A DNA stretch of 64,000 bases from Eubacteriales bacterium (lineage in GTDB: Bacteria; Bacillota; Clostridia; Oscillospirales; CAG-272), in the NCBI GenBank assembly GCA_045594785.1, contig JAZNZE010000038.1, positions 5,784 through 69,783 on the forward strand, read 5' to 3'. Within the stretch, counting starts at the first letter, position 1. Every line of letters starts with the position of its first letter. Of the stretch, positions 38,201 to 46,976 are shown piece by piece. Under the pieces are notes generated by a model. The model was not told the origin of the DNA and made no database searches. It worked only from the letters and a program-made list of their open reading frames with translations. Made by a program: the position numbers and the translations under genes.

Positions 38201-38779
38201 ATCTATCGAAGAAGAAGCGGAAAGCACTCCGTCAACGTAGAAGTAAAGACCGAAAACTCCGTTACCCTCGTATCTTACTACGTAGGTTACGTGCTGCCAT
38301 ACGTTAGCAAGGCTTTTCAGCTTTATTCCGTCAGCGTTAAGCTTAACCGACTTCATCTGAGAGATTCTGGCGCTGTGCGCTCCGCCGTAAAGGTCGGTTC
38401 TGATAGTAGCGGACCAGTGATAATCACCGGTGTTACTCATAACGTCAAAATCAAAAGCAAAGGTGGGATACTCGTCAACCGGATAACTAAACCAGTTAGG
38501 AACGGTAACGTCCCAGTTATCACCGTTAGTACCCGTAGCATCCGCGTACTCGGAGATAACGTATACGTTTCCGTTATCAGCAGAGCCTATAGTCCACTTA
38601 CCGAGCTTTGACGTACTATCGTTAAAGGTATCGCCCGGAGTTTTATCTTCAAAATCATACCCTCCCGTAGTAACAGGGGAAAGCACAACGTCTTCCTCTG
38701 CAATAGCAACTACCGCGAATGCAGTAACGATAGCTACAAGCATAAGAAGCATAAGCATAATTCTAGAAAATTTCTTCAT
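35204..38779 (-). CDS. Secreted 1191-aa surface protein: signal peptide, LamG-like domain, Cys-rich motif, Listeria-Bacteroides-type repeat, beta-helix-like region
   Basis: MKKFSRIMLMLLMLVAIVTAFAVVAIA signal; WQHVTYVVRYEGNGVFGLYFYVDGV (LamG-like); WDPACSDEECTC; FLGWSY...LYLYPVY; KIDLNGHTLT. Paralog of 39025-42651. Confidence 0.65.
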   Translation of the reverse strand: MKKFSRIMLMLLMLVAIVTAFAVVAIAEEDVVLSPVTTGGYDFEDKTPGDTFNDSTSKLGKWTIGSADNGNVYVISEYADATGTNGDNWDVTVPNWFSYPVDEYPTFAFDFDVMSNTGDYHWSATIRTDLYGGAHSARISQMKSVKLNADGIKLKSLANVWQHVTYVVRYEGNGVFGLYFYVDGVLSASSSIDYNVTAFSAKDGRYTFTNWNDAYDEGGNLIVEGLADENDNLKLDRLSVGTISLYSPYRDSTSGEKISYDNMKFTFYPEGYDNAAVASYIYNEDYEMPYGQTEATLTDKETGNVTWYDDFNAAFEAANETNILTVMKDTVGTYEINKTMNVNMNGFAFDYFSNTGYVPTVNGDVFEFALSDKLVNVVWDPACSDEECTCFGSGIGHELTATSIVALGYVPEYNASTFINKEGVYAEFLGWSYTKGGEAEALTAVTDEQVAAGTLYLYPVYNIVKYDGALIDASGEYSFFMEDEFEANIASAIATAGVETIVLYSDIEYYKSFALPANAALKIDLNGHTLTRVNLYGAVKNYDAASGTYVDGTATTSAEFIFTISNVKGINLTITSSKEGAVLRSVSVDGTAWYDENGKLERYEASSVKGGSFIYNYCAGGTFNIENMDIFALNIQYGSHNTSPEQNINITNCRFYRTPGSETTGGWGYDCLYLAGTVNFTAKDSLFYLPAASVLQTNVRLIRMQGAAKANIVFDNCDVISDNASVSLLLESTNHTLTYTNCRLYNYSNESATYLANFGKDVIIGNTPNLYNRGNVSDGCIMMDKAQTITYSLPTNSRITIDAETKLPVFDFAFADRDISFVKQVALYTDVYVTVTWLDENGEVIKAVDELRGTIATAPEHIVALENGWVGVLVTKWLDEENNDADLLVTDAVSYTFKANPVVDEDTAYAGKITLAKFNYIYYNKFNTVLYLPVTEGVTTPAVSGFSEESFIVTIDGKEYWAYTKDNTTAEISEDFESTVTFTKDGVEYSDVLVTNALIYAEAVLSNPESDAEKAAVANFVRYVKEARLVTSLEVSEKFDELIALGEIAELGAKESYADETVDIAGLSDYITSIRFMLDGSYAGYVITLTQAAIDLGAEVSVTKLDTEEALSVRESTTVANSKLTNQTRVYDLVGAVKITVTVPAAEEGAAPTVVTGTYSAKAYINATDNSLAKAMYEFGVAVAAYRATIV

Positions 38780-38819
38780 AATAAAATTTTCCTTCCTTTA
38801 GTTATAATAACCTAATCAT

Positions 38820-38848
38820 ATTATATATAAGAAAATCTTTATTGTCAA
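38820..38848 (-). promoter_or_regulatory. Consensus promoter of the 1191-aa protein gene
   Basis: On the minus strand: TTGACA (38848-38843), 17-nt spacer, TATAAT (38825-38820). Confidence 0.75.
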
Positions 38849-38902
38849 TAGAATATATATATTAAAACAAAAAAGGTGACACAGCAAATGTAAAAAAGCA
38901 AC

Positions 38903-38932
38903 AAAAAAGGCACGGAATTTCCGTGCCTTTTT
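38903..38932. terminator. Intrinsic terminator after the 1208-aa protein gene
   Basis: GGCACGGA (38909-38916) pairs with TCCGTGCC (38920-38927), flanked by A6 and T5 runs. Confidence 0.8.
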
Positions 38933-39024
38933 GCCAATCAATCGGTTATGCGATGCTTTCTTTTTCGGAAAGCGTGTGTTTTTTATTTTTCGTTTTGGGT
39001 TGACACGCGTGTGTCAAGCTGAAA

Positions 39025-42000
39025 TTAATAGACGGTATCTCTTACCTCAAGAACTGCCTTACCGAGAGCGTAGAGCGCCTTTACAATATCAACGTTAACG
39101 CCCTTTTCTTCCATAGCTCTGACGTAGGTTGCCATTGAGTAGTTGGTGGCAGCCTTAGTCTCAGCAACTCCGTCACCGTCAAGGTCGCGTACCACAGTAT
39201 TTCCCGCAGCGTCCACAATTGTTACGACATATGTAGATGCCATAAGGTATTTGTGGAGAGGGGTGTTGTTTGTGTAATAAACGTTTCCCGCAGTATTCTT
39301 ATTGGGAACTCCGTATGCAATTCCGCTAAGGAATACCTTATAGCCTGCGGCTACAGCTTCGTCAGTAAGCGTTACAACGAATGAAACTCTTGAACCGGCA
39401 AGTGTAAAGTGAATGCTTTCTACAAGTCCGCCAATAGCATTCTCTGCAACGGTGTGAAGCTCTTTTTCGGGGTACTCGGTTACGTAATCGGCAGGGGTAC
39501 GGTAATTTGCGTAGAAGGAGGCGAACTTATCCTGATTATCGGTATAGAGGCTGCTGCCGTCAACCGATGCCATAAGCTTATAGGACTCTTCGATATATCT
39601 CACGAGGCTGGCTATAGCTTCCTTCTCAACCTCAGTTGAGTTGGCATCCTTCATAGCAAGCTCTGCATAAAGCATAGCGTTGACGGTTACGGTTACGGAG
39701 TAATCAACACCGTCTATCGTATACTTGACAGAATAAGAGGAATCGTTCAGAGCATTTGTCGAATCGGGATATCCTACCGTGACAACGTAATATTCATTGC
39801 CGTAAACAAGCACCTTGGCGGAAGGCGTTTTACCGCCTACGCTCGTAACGTTTACACCGTCAACTACGGGAAGGTATAAGTTATATCCAAAGTGAGCGTA
39901 GTAGGTCATATTCATCATCACTTCGGTAAGATAAGCTACGAAAACAGCGTCCTCTTCTTCGGGAAGAACAGCGGTAAACTCATAGCTTTCAGCGTCACCG
40001 ATAACGAGGTCGGTGGCGTTGCCTTCAGCATCTACCCAGCCTGCGTTAACAACGCCTCTGTAGCTATCGCTCCAAGCAACCTTGGGAGCTGCCGCGATAA
40101 CACCCGAAAGCTCCTCTGTTACAGCGATAACGTTTCCTGCAGGGTCCTTCCAGGTTACAGTAGCGGTAGGAGTATCGGTTGCAACAGCCGCTACGGTATA
40201 GGTAAGATAAGTGTAATTCTTAGTCAGCTCGGAAGAAGGAGTGAGTGAGCCGCTATCAACCACTATCTCCGCTTTCGTGCTCTTATCAAAGTAAATTCTC
40301 TTAGAAACCGTTTTTGACTCAACACCTTCAGCAAGAGATGCGTTTGCATACTCGGTAAGAAGGTCTTTAGTCATAATCGTGTTTTTACCGATAACTACCG
40401 AGCCGGTATTACTGCCGCTAACCGCGGCATCAAGGATACAATTATTAAAGGTGTATTTATCGGTGGTAGCATTGGTATAGAGGACAGCGTTGTAAATCTT
40501 ACAGTCCTCAAAGGTTACCTCTGTGTTCTTGTTTCTGTTAGAACTACCGGTTGAGGTTCCGCCTGTATTTCTGAGAAGCTCGGCACCGTTACAGAAGAAG
40601 GTAGCGTTGCTTATTGTGATTTTCTCACCGTTTCTGAGAGCAAGGACACCTTCACCGGGATTTCCGATAATAACGTATGTGCCGTTATTAATGTTAATCT
40701 TTTCGCTTCCGTTACCGCCGTGCTCACCGTAAATGAAGTTGCCGCAGTAAACGGTAAGGTTTTCTCCCTCAACGTTTACGGTTCCGCTTACGGGATAGAA
40801 GCTGAAGATAGATGCGCCTGCCGTGACCTTAGCATTTTCGGTCTTGACAACCTCACCGCCATAAACCCACTGGTCTGCGGTTACCGTAACGCTTGCCAAA
40901 ACTGCACCTGGGCGGGAAGATTTTACGGTTATACTGTAGCTTGAACTAAGTCCGTTAATGTAGAATAGGTATCCTGCAGCACCCGCAGATATAGGGTCAC
41001 CGAGAACATCGCCCTTAACATACTCACCGTTCTCACCGAGAGTTGCAGCATACTGAGTTACGGTAGCAAGCTGTCTTGAAAGAGTATAGCCGTTAAGGTC
41101 TATCGTGACGGTTTTGTTTTTAAGAGCAATTTGCGCTCCTACCGCAACGTCATCAAGAAGCTTTACCGTAGAGCCTGCTGCAGCATTTTCAAAAGCTTTC
41201 GAAATATCTTCGGCAGTATGGTACTCAGCAGCGCCCGCCGGAGAAGTAACCTCAACGCGATACTGAAGATTCTTGTAGACGGGATAGAGCCTTACGCTGC
41301 CTGCCAGAACGTCAGCCTCGGTAATAGCGACAAGCTCGTCTACCGTTCCGTCATCTTCATAAGACCAGCCGAGGAACATCTTTTGAGTGAGGGCATCAGT
41401 CCTCTCCCACGTAGGAACCGTGCCAAAGAATTCGGGAATTTGACCGAGAAGCTTTGACGTAGTTGCGGTAAGCCGGTGGCCGCCGAACTCGGCATAGCAA
41501 TCACACTCGCCCTCACACTTTACGTCCCACAAAATATCAACTGCATCGGGACTTCTTCTGTAGTTGAAGATGCCGCTTTCCTCTTCGGTCTCAGTTGCAA
41601 TAAAGCACTTTGTGCTTTCAAAGGAATAAGTATATAAATTACCGGTAGCTACGCCTTCTTCGTAAATATTAGCGTCAACAGTGACGTTTTTATCGATAAG
41701 GAGAACATCGTCAACGTTTCTGACGAGGGTGATAACATCGTTCTCACCGGCAGCAGCTATAGCCTCGTTTATATCATCGTAAATAGCGTCACCTATCTTA
41801 GCTACGGTAAGACCGTAAGGAAGCTCGTAGGTTCCGTCATAGTAGTGCGTTGCTATCTTCGAAAAATCGGTTACACCGTCATTTACCTCGCAGTATCCAT
41901 CGGGGAAAAGAGAAAATCTGAAGTTATCGTAACCAATCTTACCGTTGCTTGCCGCGCCGCTGTAAATAGAAGGATACATTCTGTAGTAACCAACGGTCAT

Positions 42001-42651
42001 TTTGGAGTAGTCTCCGTTAAGAGCTGTAAATGCATCATAAGCAGAATAATCGGTCGTTCTCTTATAGGAGAATTCTCCGTTTATGTAAAAGTGATGGTCG
42101 AACTTGCCGTTTCCAACGTGCTCCACGATATAAGTGACGTGCTGCCATTTATAAGGAGTAGCGTCAAGACCGATTGCGCTGAGCTTGGTGGAAGACAGCT
42201 CCTGTATTCTTGAACCGGAATTGGAAATAGATATCGAAAGATTGGCGTAATCACCGTAGGTTCCGTTTTCGGTCATAATGTCAAAATCAAAAACAGCGTA
42301 AGGATAATCAGCCATATTGTACGTGGGATTGTAGCTGAAGTACATATCCAAGTTGTCGTGCGCTCCCGAACCGCCCTCCTCATATTCGGATTCGATGTAA
42401 ACATTTCCGTCTTCGGTTGAATGAACGTTCCATACGCCCGTTTTAGGCTTGTCGTTATAAAGGGCGTTCTGGAATACCGTACCGGGAGTTTGACCTGAGA
42501 AGGTTCCGTCTACAAATTTCTCAGTAGAGGAATTCACTTCCTTAGGCTCAAGCACTGCTTCCTCATCCGTTGCAAGCGAGACTACCGCAAAGGCAGTAAC
42601 CATAGCAACAAGAAGAAGGGTAACAGTGAGAATTCTGGAAAATTTCTTCAT
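39025..42651 (-). CDS. Secreted 1208-aa surface protein, paralog of 35204-38779
   Basis: MKKFSRILTVTLLLVAMVTAFAVVSLA signal; WQHVTYIVEHVGNGKFDHHFYINGE; WDVKCEGECDC; FLGWSYEDDG...VRLYPVY; TIDLNGYTLS. Confidence 0.65.
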   Translation of the reverse strand: MKKFSRILTVTLLLVAMVTAFAVVSLATDEEAVLEPKEVNSSTEKFVDGTFSGQTPGTVFQNALYNDKPKTGVWNVHSTEDGNVYIESEYEEGGSGAHDNLDMYFSYNPTYNMADYPYAVFDFDIMTENGTYGDYANLSISISNSGSRIQELSSTKLSAIGLDATPYKWQHVTYIVEHVGNGKFDHHFYINGEFSYKRTTDYSAYDAFTALNGDYSKMTVGYYRMYPSIYSGAASNGKIGYDNFRFSLFPDGYCEVNDGVTDFSKIATHYYDGTYELPYGLTVAKIGDAIYDDINEAIAAAGENDVITLVRNVDDVLLIDKNVTVDANIYEEGVATGNLYTYSFESTKCFIATETEEESGIFNYRRSPDAVDILWDVKCEGECDCYAEFGGHRLTATTSKLLGQIPEFFGTVPTWERTDALTQKMFLGWSYEDDGTVDELVAITEADVLAGSVRLYPVYKNLQYRVEVTSPAGAAEYHTAEDISKAFENAAAGSTVKLLDDVAVGAQIALKNKTVTIDLNGYTLSRQLATVTQYAATLGENGEYVKGDVLGDPISAGAAGYLFYINGLSSSYSITVKSSRPGAVLASVTVTADQWVYGGEVVKTENAKVTAGASIFSFYPVSGTVNVEGENLTVYCGNFIYGEHGGNGSEKININNGTYVIIGNPGEGVLALRNGEKITISNATFFCNGAELLRNTGGTSTGSSNRNKNTEVTFEDCKIYNAVLYTNATTDKYTFNNCILDAAVSGSNTGSVVIGKNTIMTKDLLTEYANASLAEGVESKTVSKRIYFDKSTKAEIVVDSGSLTPSSELTKNYTYLTYTVAAVATDTPTATVTWKDPAGNVIAVTEELSGVIAAAPKVAWSDSYRGVVNAGWVDAEGNATDLVIGDAESYEFTAVLPEEEDAVFVAYLTEVMMNMTYYAHFGYNLYLPVVDGVNVTSVGGKTPSAKVLVYGNEYYVVTVGYPDSTNALNDSSYSVKYTIDGVDYSVTVTVNAMLYAELAMKDANSTEVEKEAIASLVRYIEESYKLMASVDGSSLYTDNQDKFASFYANYRTPADYVTEYPEKELHTVAENAIGGLVESIHFTLAGSRVSFVVTLTDEAVAAGYKVFLSGIAYGVPNKNTAGNVYYTNNTPLHKYLMASTYVVTIVDAAGNTVVRDLDGDGVAETKAATNYSMATYVRAMEEKGVNVDIVKALYALGKAVLEVRDTVY

Positions 42652-42767
42652 TGCTTTTTATGTTTCCTTTCAAATTTTTGCCAAATATATAATATCTATT
42701 CCTATCAGCGAAAGCAATAAATTTATAAATTATTCACAATCATTTTACATTTCGTCCCGTTTCAAAC

Positions 42768-42806
42768 GAAAAAATCCGATTTTCTTCTGAAAACCGGATT
42801 TTTTCG
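42768..42806 (-). terminator. Probable terminator after the coiled-coil/SGNH gene
   Basis: AATCCG (42773-42778) pairs with CGGATT (42795-42800), flanked by A and T runs. The loop is large at 16 nt. Confidence 0.5.
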
Positions 42807-42821
42807 TAGTTTTATTCGTTT

Positions 42822-45800
42822 TTATTTTTCACGCATGATTTCGGGGAAATCTGCAAGGAACTGCATAAAGAGTGCCTGAGCACCGAGAGTTCCGGGGTGA
42901 ACCGCGTCACCGTGAAGCATATTAGCATACCACTGATAGCCGGTCTTATTGGTCTTTTCAGAGGTGGTTGAGGTGTTGGTAACCGCAGTTCCTATAAGGC
43001 TTGCGTCATAGGTTTCGTTTGATACCGCACGGGAGAAATCAATATATCTGCCGCCCGTGGTTCTTGCCCATTCTCTTACCCATGCGTTCTTATATTCGTT
43101 AAGAACTGTAGGAGTTGAGGGGATTGTTGAGAGAATAGGAGTTATTCCCTTCTCTTCGCATATTTCAAGGAATTCCTCGGTTGCTGCAAGGTACGCTTCG
43201 TTTATCGTCTGATTTGCGATACTGTCACCGTTGTTCATACCCATGCACCAGATTATGTACTGAGGAGTACCGTGCTCGAGAGCTTGCTTTACTTCGGTAA
43301 GTCCTCTTTCACTTGCCATTCCGGGATAGCTCATCATAAGGAAGTTCTTATATCCCGTGCTTACAAGATAGCTGGTCCATCTTGAGCCGTCCTTGGAGTT
43401 AAAGTAGGAGTCTCCTACCATCCAGATAGGATTCTGATATTCCTCGCTGAACCAACGCATGCTTACGTTCGTGAGCTCACAGCCGTCCGCTTCTGCAAAT
43501 ATAGCACCGTTTCTGCCCTGCCAGTTCTTAGCGTTAGTGTAATATCCGGTAGCGGTAGCAATCTTAAACTCTGCCCAGTGATAATCCGCATCTATTGAAA
43601 CGGTAACGTAATCCGAAAGAGTAAGTCCGTGGTCAAAGGTAGCAAGAAGCGAGGGACCGGATGAGTAGTTATAAACCAAAAGCTGAGTTGCGGTTATCTC
43701 TATGTAGCTTGCGCCGTAAGAGGTTTTACCGTGACCAAGTCTTATAGTGCCTTCTCCGATACCGTCTGTAGGAATATCGCAGGTAAAGGTGAGATTCTTA
43801 TTATTAATAATGGTATTGTTCTCAAGCTGAATGGATGCTCCGGATTCAAGCTTATCGGCAGTTGCAACTATCGAAGAAGAACCGAGAGCCGCATTTACCA
43901 TTATATTCATTCCGTTCGTGTCAAGATTCTTGATGCTTTCGATAGCTTCGTTGAGCTTATCAACGTCAAGAGCGTCAATCTTTGCGTTAAGAGTTACTAT
44001 ATTATCGGAAAGCTCCTGAATTTTATCCGCATCAAGAGCGGAAACGTCAGTTTTAAGAGCTTCAACATCGGTTTTAAGTGTTTCAAGAGTTGCAAGAGCC
44101 GCAATAACCGATGCGGAATTCGAAGCATCACTAAGCACGAAGGTCTCACCAACAGAGGTGTAACGCGCTACGACAGGAACAAATCCGTTCTTGAACGAAC
44201 CCATAGTATAGGTTACGGAAATTTGAGCTCCGCCTGCTCCTATTTCATACTCCATAAGTCCCGAGCCTACGGAGAAGCCGAGAGAGGATACTGCATTTCC
44301 CTCTGCGTCGTAAACGCACGCCATTCTCATTGAATATTTGTTCGCATAGTTAAGCGCGTTGGTAGGATTATCGGGATAATAACCGGTAAGGTGAACAACG
44401 TCACCGGGAAGAACGTCTACCTTCTGAGTATAAGCGTAGGTGGAATTAGCCTGAGCCTTTCCATTTGTTCCGAGGTAATATCCGCTTCTTGCCGCAGCCT
44501 CTTCGCTCGTGGTGTCAACGGTGGTGTAAACGTATCCGTAAACAGGCTTGGATTCAAGAAGACCGCTAAGAAGAGCTATGGAAGAGCTAAGCTCGGAAAT
44601 AGCATCGCCTACTGCCTTTGCATCAGCTGCCTTGCCTGCCTCGGAAAGAGTTGCGTCAATTTCCGTAAGTGCGGAAGAATTTTGTTCAAGCGCGGTAAGT
44701 CTCGCACCGTAGGTGGATTCAAGGGTTGCGATTTTAGCCTTTACTTCTGCAACCTCTGCTTCAAGTGCTTCGATAACGGAAGTGTAATCAACACCCGCGT
44801 TTTCCTTTTCGCACTCACATTCGGTTATCTTTGCGTCAAGCTCTGCGATCTTTGCTTCGTACTCTGCTCTGAGAGCAGCTATTGCCGCGGCATTCGTGCT
44901 TACACCGGTCTGAAGAGCAGCTATCTGCTCGCTGTAATCTTCACCAACCTGGTCTTCTTTATTTTCAAGAGCTGTGATTTTTGCGTTGATTTCGGCAATC
45001 TTTGCCTCGTATTCTGCTCTAAGAGCAGCTATTGCCTGGGTATTTTCGGTATCCTTAGCTACAAGAGCTGCAAGCTCAGCATCATATTTAGCTTCGAGCT
45101 CTGCAAGCTTTGCGTTGTAATCCTCGGTTTCGTTTCCGTCACCTTCGGGCTCATTACCTTCGTTTCCGTCTCCTTCGGGTGCGTTACCTGCTTCAATCTT
45201 AGCTTCGATTTCAGCAATCTTTGCCTCGTATTCAGCCTTCAAAGCTTCTATAGCAGCGGCATTTGCTGCTCCGATAGCTTCAAGCTCGGCAATCTTTGCG
45301 CTGTAATCAACAGCAGCCTCGTCCTTCTCGCACTCGCATTCGGTTATCTTTGCTTCGAGCTCGGCTATTTTAGCATCGTAATCTGCTTTAAGAGCTTCAA
45401 GAGCTTCCGCGTTATCCGCATCCGCTGCTACAAGCTCGGCTATTTTTGCAGTATAGTCGTTCTTGATTTCGGTCTTAGCCGATTCGCATTCGGTTATCTT
45501 TGCTTCAAGTGCCGCAATTTTTCCCTCATAATCTTTTTTTGCAGCTGCAAGGGCTTTAGAGGCACTCTTGTCCTCTGCTTCAAGCTCTTCAAGCTTTTCG
45601 GCAAGCTCAAGCTCAAGCTGGGTTATGCTGGAAGAATTTCCATCAATAAGCGCTGTAAGCGTTGACTGCAGATTTGATATAAGCGTGTCAATCTGCGTTT
45701 TTGAGTATGCGTTGTTGGTATTCGCGGCATTGTTCGTGCCTGTAGCAGTCGGCAGAGTACAAGCCGTGCATACGAGCGTCATCGCCATAACAAGTACTAG

Positions 45801-45827
45801 CGCTAACGCTTTCTTAAAGAATTTCAT
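42822..45827 (-). CDS. Secreted or lipoprotein-like 1001-aa protein: long alanine/glutamate-rich coiled-coil repeats, beta-rich domains, C-terminal SGNH/GDSL esterase
   Basis: Signal MKFFKKALALVLVMAMTLVCTAC. About five repeats of ...DY.AKIAELEAKITECE.... C-terminal IWMVGDSYF (block I), CMGMNNGD (block III), GDAVHPG (block V). Confidence 0.7.
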   Translation of the reverse strand: MKFFKKALALVLVMAMTLVCTACTLPTATGTNNAANTNNAYSKTQIDTLISNLQSTLTALIDGNSSSITQLELELAEKLEELEAEDKSASKALAAAKKDYEGKIAALEAKITECESAKTEIKNDYTAKIAELVAADADNAEALEALKADYDAKIAELEAKITECECEKDEAAVDYSAKIAELEAIGAANAAAIEALKAEYEAKIAEIEAKIEAGNAPEGDGNEGNEPEGDGNETEDYNAKLAELEAKYDAELAALVAKDTENTQAIAALRAEYEAKIAEINAKITALENKEDQVGEDYSEQIAALQTGVSTNAAAIAALRAEYEAKIAELDAKITECECEKENAGVDYTSVIEALEAEVAEVKAKIATLESTYGARLTALEQNSSALTEIDATLSEAGKAADAKAVGDAISELSSSIALLSGLLESKPVYGYVYTTVDTTSEEAAARSGYYLGTNGKAQANSTYAYTQKVDVLPGDVVHLTGYYPDNPTNALNYANKYSMRMACVYDAEGNAVSSLGFSVGSGLMEYEIGAGGAQISVTYTMGSFKNGFVPVVARYTSVGETFVLSDASNSASVIAALATLETLKTDVEALKTDVSALDADKIQELSDNIVTLNAKIDALDVDKLNEAIESIKNLDTNGMNIMVNAALGSSSIVATADKLESGASIQLENNTIINNKNLTFTCDIPTDGIGEGTIRLGHGKTSYGASYIEITATQLLVYNYSSGPSLLATFDHGLTLSDYVTVSIDADYHWAEFKIATATGYYTNAKNWQGRNGAIFAEADGCELTNVSMRWFSEEYQNPIWMVGDSYFNSKDGSRWTSYLVSTGYKNFLMMSYPGMASERGLTEVKQALEHGTPQYIIWCMGMNNGDSIANQTINEAYLAATEEFLEICEEKGITPILSTIPSTPTVLNEYKNAWVREWARTTGGRYIDFSRAVSNETYDASLIGTAVTNTSTTSEKTNKTGYQWYANMLHGDAVHPGTLGAQALFMQFLADFPEIMREK

Positions 45828-46042
45828 AAGTGTTCTCCTTGTATTTATTTTCCATACATAGTATTTTACTACACGGAGTTCACTTTGTATTTATACAAGC
45901 GTAAAAATGTAAACGAAAATTCAAATAAGAAAATATTTTGTAAGGCTTGACCAAAAAGTTCGGTAATTCTTTATCTATAACTCCCATATTGCCTTTTTTG
46001 GCGTGCTATGGTATACTTTAGAAAAAACGAAGGAAAATCAGC

Positions 46043-46936
46043 ATGACAATTCGTAAATGGATAGAAAAAAACACTCAACGCCTTGACGGGAAGCGCGTTG
46101 CCGTCAGCGGCTCGACCGGCGGACTTGGCAGAGAGCTATGCCGCTATCTTGCTCATCTCGGTGCAGAGCTTATACTGCTTGACAGAAATGCCGAAAAATC
46201 GCGTGCGTTTTCCGAGGAATTAAAAGAAAAATATCCAAAAATTTCGATATCACGTATAACAGTTGATATGGAAAACTTTTCTTCGGTAAAAGCAGCCGCT
46301 GACGCGCTTTTGCAAACAAAAGTTGACTTTTTGGTCTTGAATGCAGGCGCGTACGCCATTCCGAGAAAGAAATGCGATACCGGATTTGATAACGTTTTTC
46401 AAATAAATTTTCTCTCTCCTTATTATCTGGCGAGAAGACTTTTTAACTCAATTTCAGGGCGCGGCGGACGAATAATTTCGGTAAGCAGTATTGCTCACAA
46501 CTACTCAAAATCCGATGAGGAGGACGTGGATTTTTCGACAAGAGCCAAGGCAAGCCTTGTGTACGGAAACGCAAAAAGATATCTCACTTATTCCCTCTCC
46601 GAGCTTTACAGAGAGACGGGCAATATAAGCATAACGCATCCCGGAATCACATTTACGAACATCACCGCGCATTATCCTAAGCTCATATTTGCAGTAATAA
46701 AATACCCTATGAAGATTATTTTTATGAAGCCAAAACGCGCAGCGCTCTCAATTCTTGCCGGAATATTTACTCCGACAGGAAAAAACGAATGGATAGGCCC
46801 GAGATATTTTAACGTGTGGGGTCTTCCGAAAAGAAAACGCCTTACCACCGCCACAGAGGAGGAGATAAAGCGTATTTGTAAAAGTGCGGAAGAAATTTTC
46901 GATTCTCTGACGAAGACTTCAAACGACAATAGTTAA
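46043..46936 (+). CDS. SDR-family oxidoreductase
   Basis: VSGSTGGLGRELCRYLA (TGxxxGxG) and YGNAKRY (YxxxK) motifs. Confidence 0.8.
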   Translation: MTIRKWIEKNTQRLDGKRVAVSGSTGGLGRELCRYLAHLGAELILLDRNAEKSRAFSEELKEKYPKISISRITVDMENFSSVKAAADALLQTKVDFLVLNAGAYAIPRKKCDTGFDNVFQINFLSPYYLARRLFNSISGRGGRIISVSSIAHNYSKSDEEDVDFSTRAKASLVYGNAKRYLTYSLSELYRETGNISITHPGITFTNITAHYPKLIFAVIKYPMKIIFMKPKRAALSILAGIFTPTGKNEWIGPRYFNVWGLPKRKRLTTATEEEIKRICKSAEEIFDSLTKTSNDNS

Positions 46937-46976
46937 GGCAAAGCTTTTTGGGTTATGAAGGTCTCCGAACCCTGCA

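Noticed and set aside
37589-38611. 340-aa plus-strand ORF antisense to the 1191-aa surface protein gene
   Set aside because: No RBS and no recognisable motifs. It is embedded in a gene with signal peptide, promoter and terminator on the other strand.
44391-45665. 424-aa plus-strand ORF antisense to the coiled-coil gene
   Set aside because: It is a Cys/Phe/Leu-rich low-complexity mirror of GCN/GAA/AAG-rich coiled-coil codons. It has no RBS and lies wholly inside a well-supported minus-strand gene.
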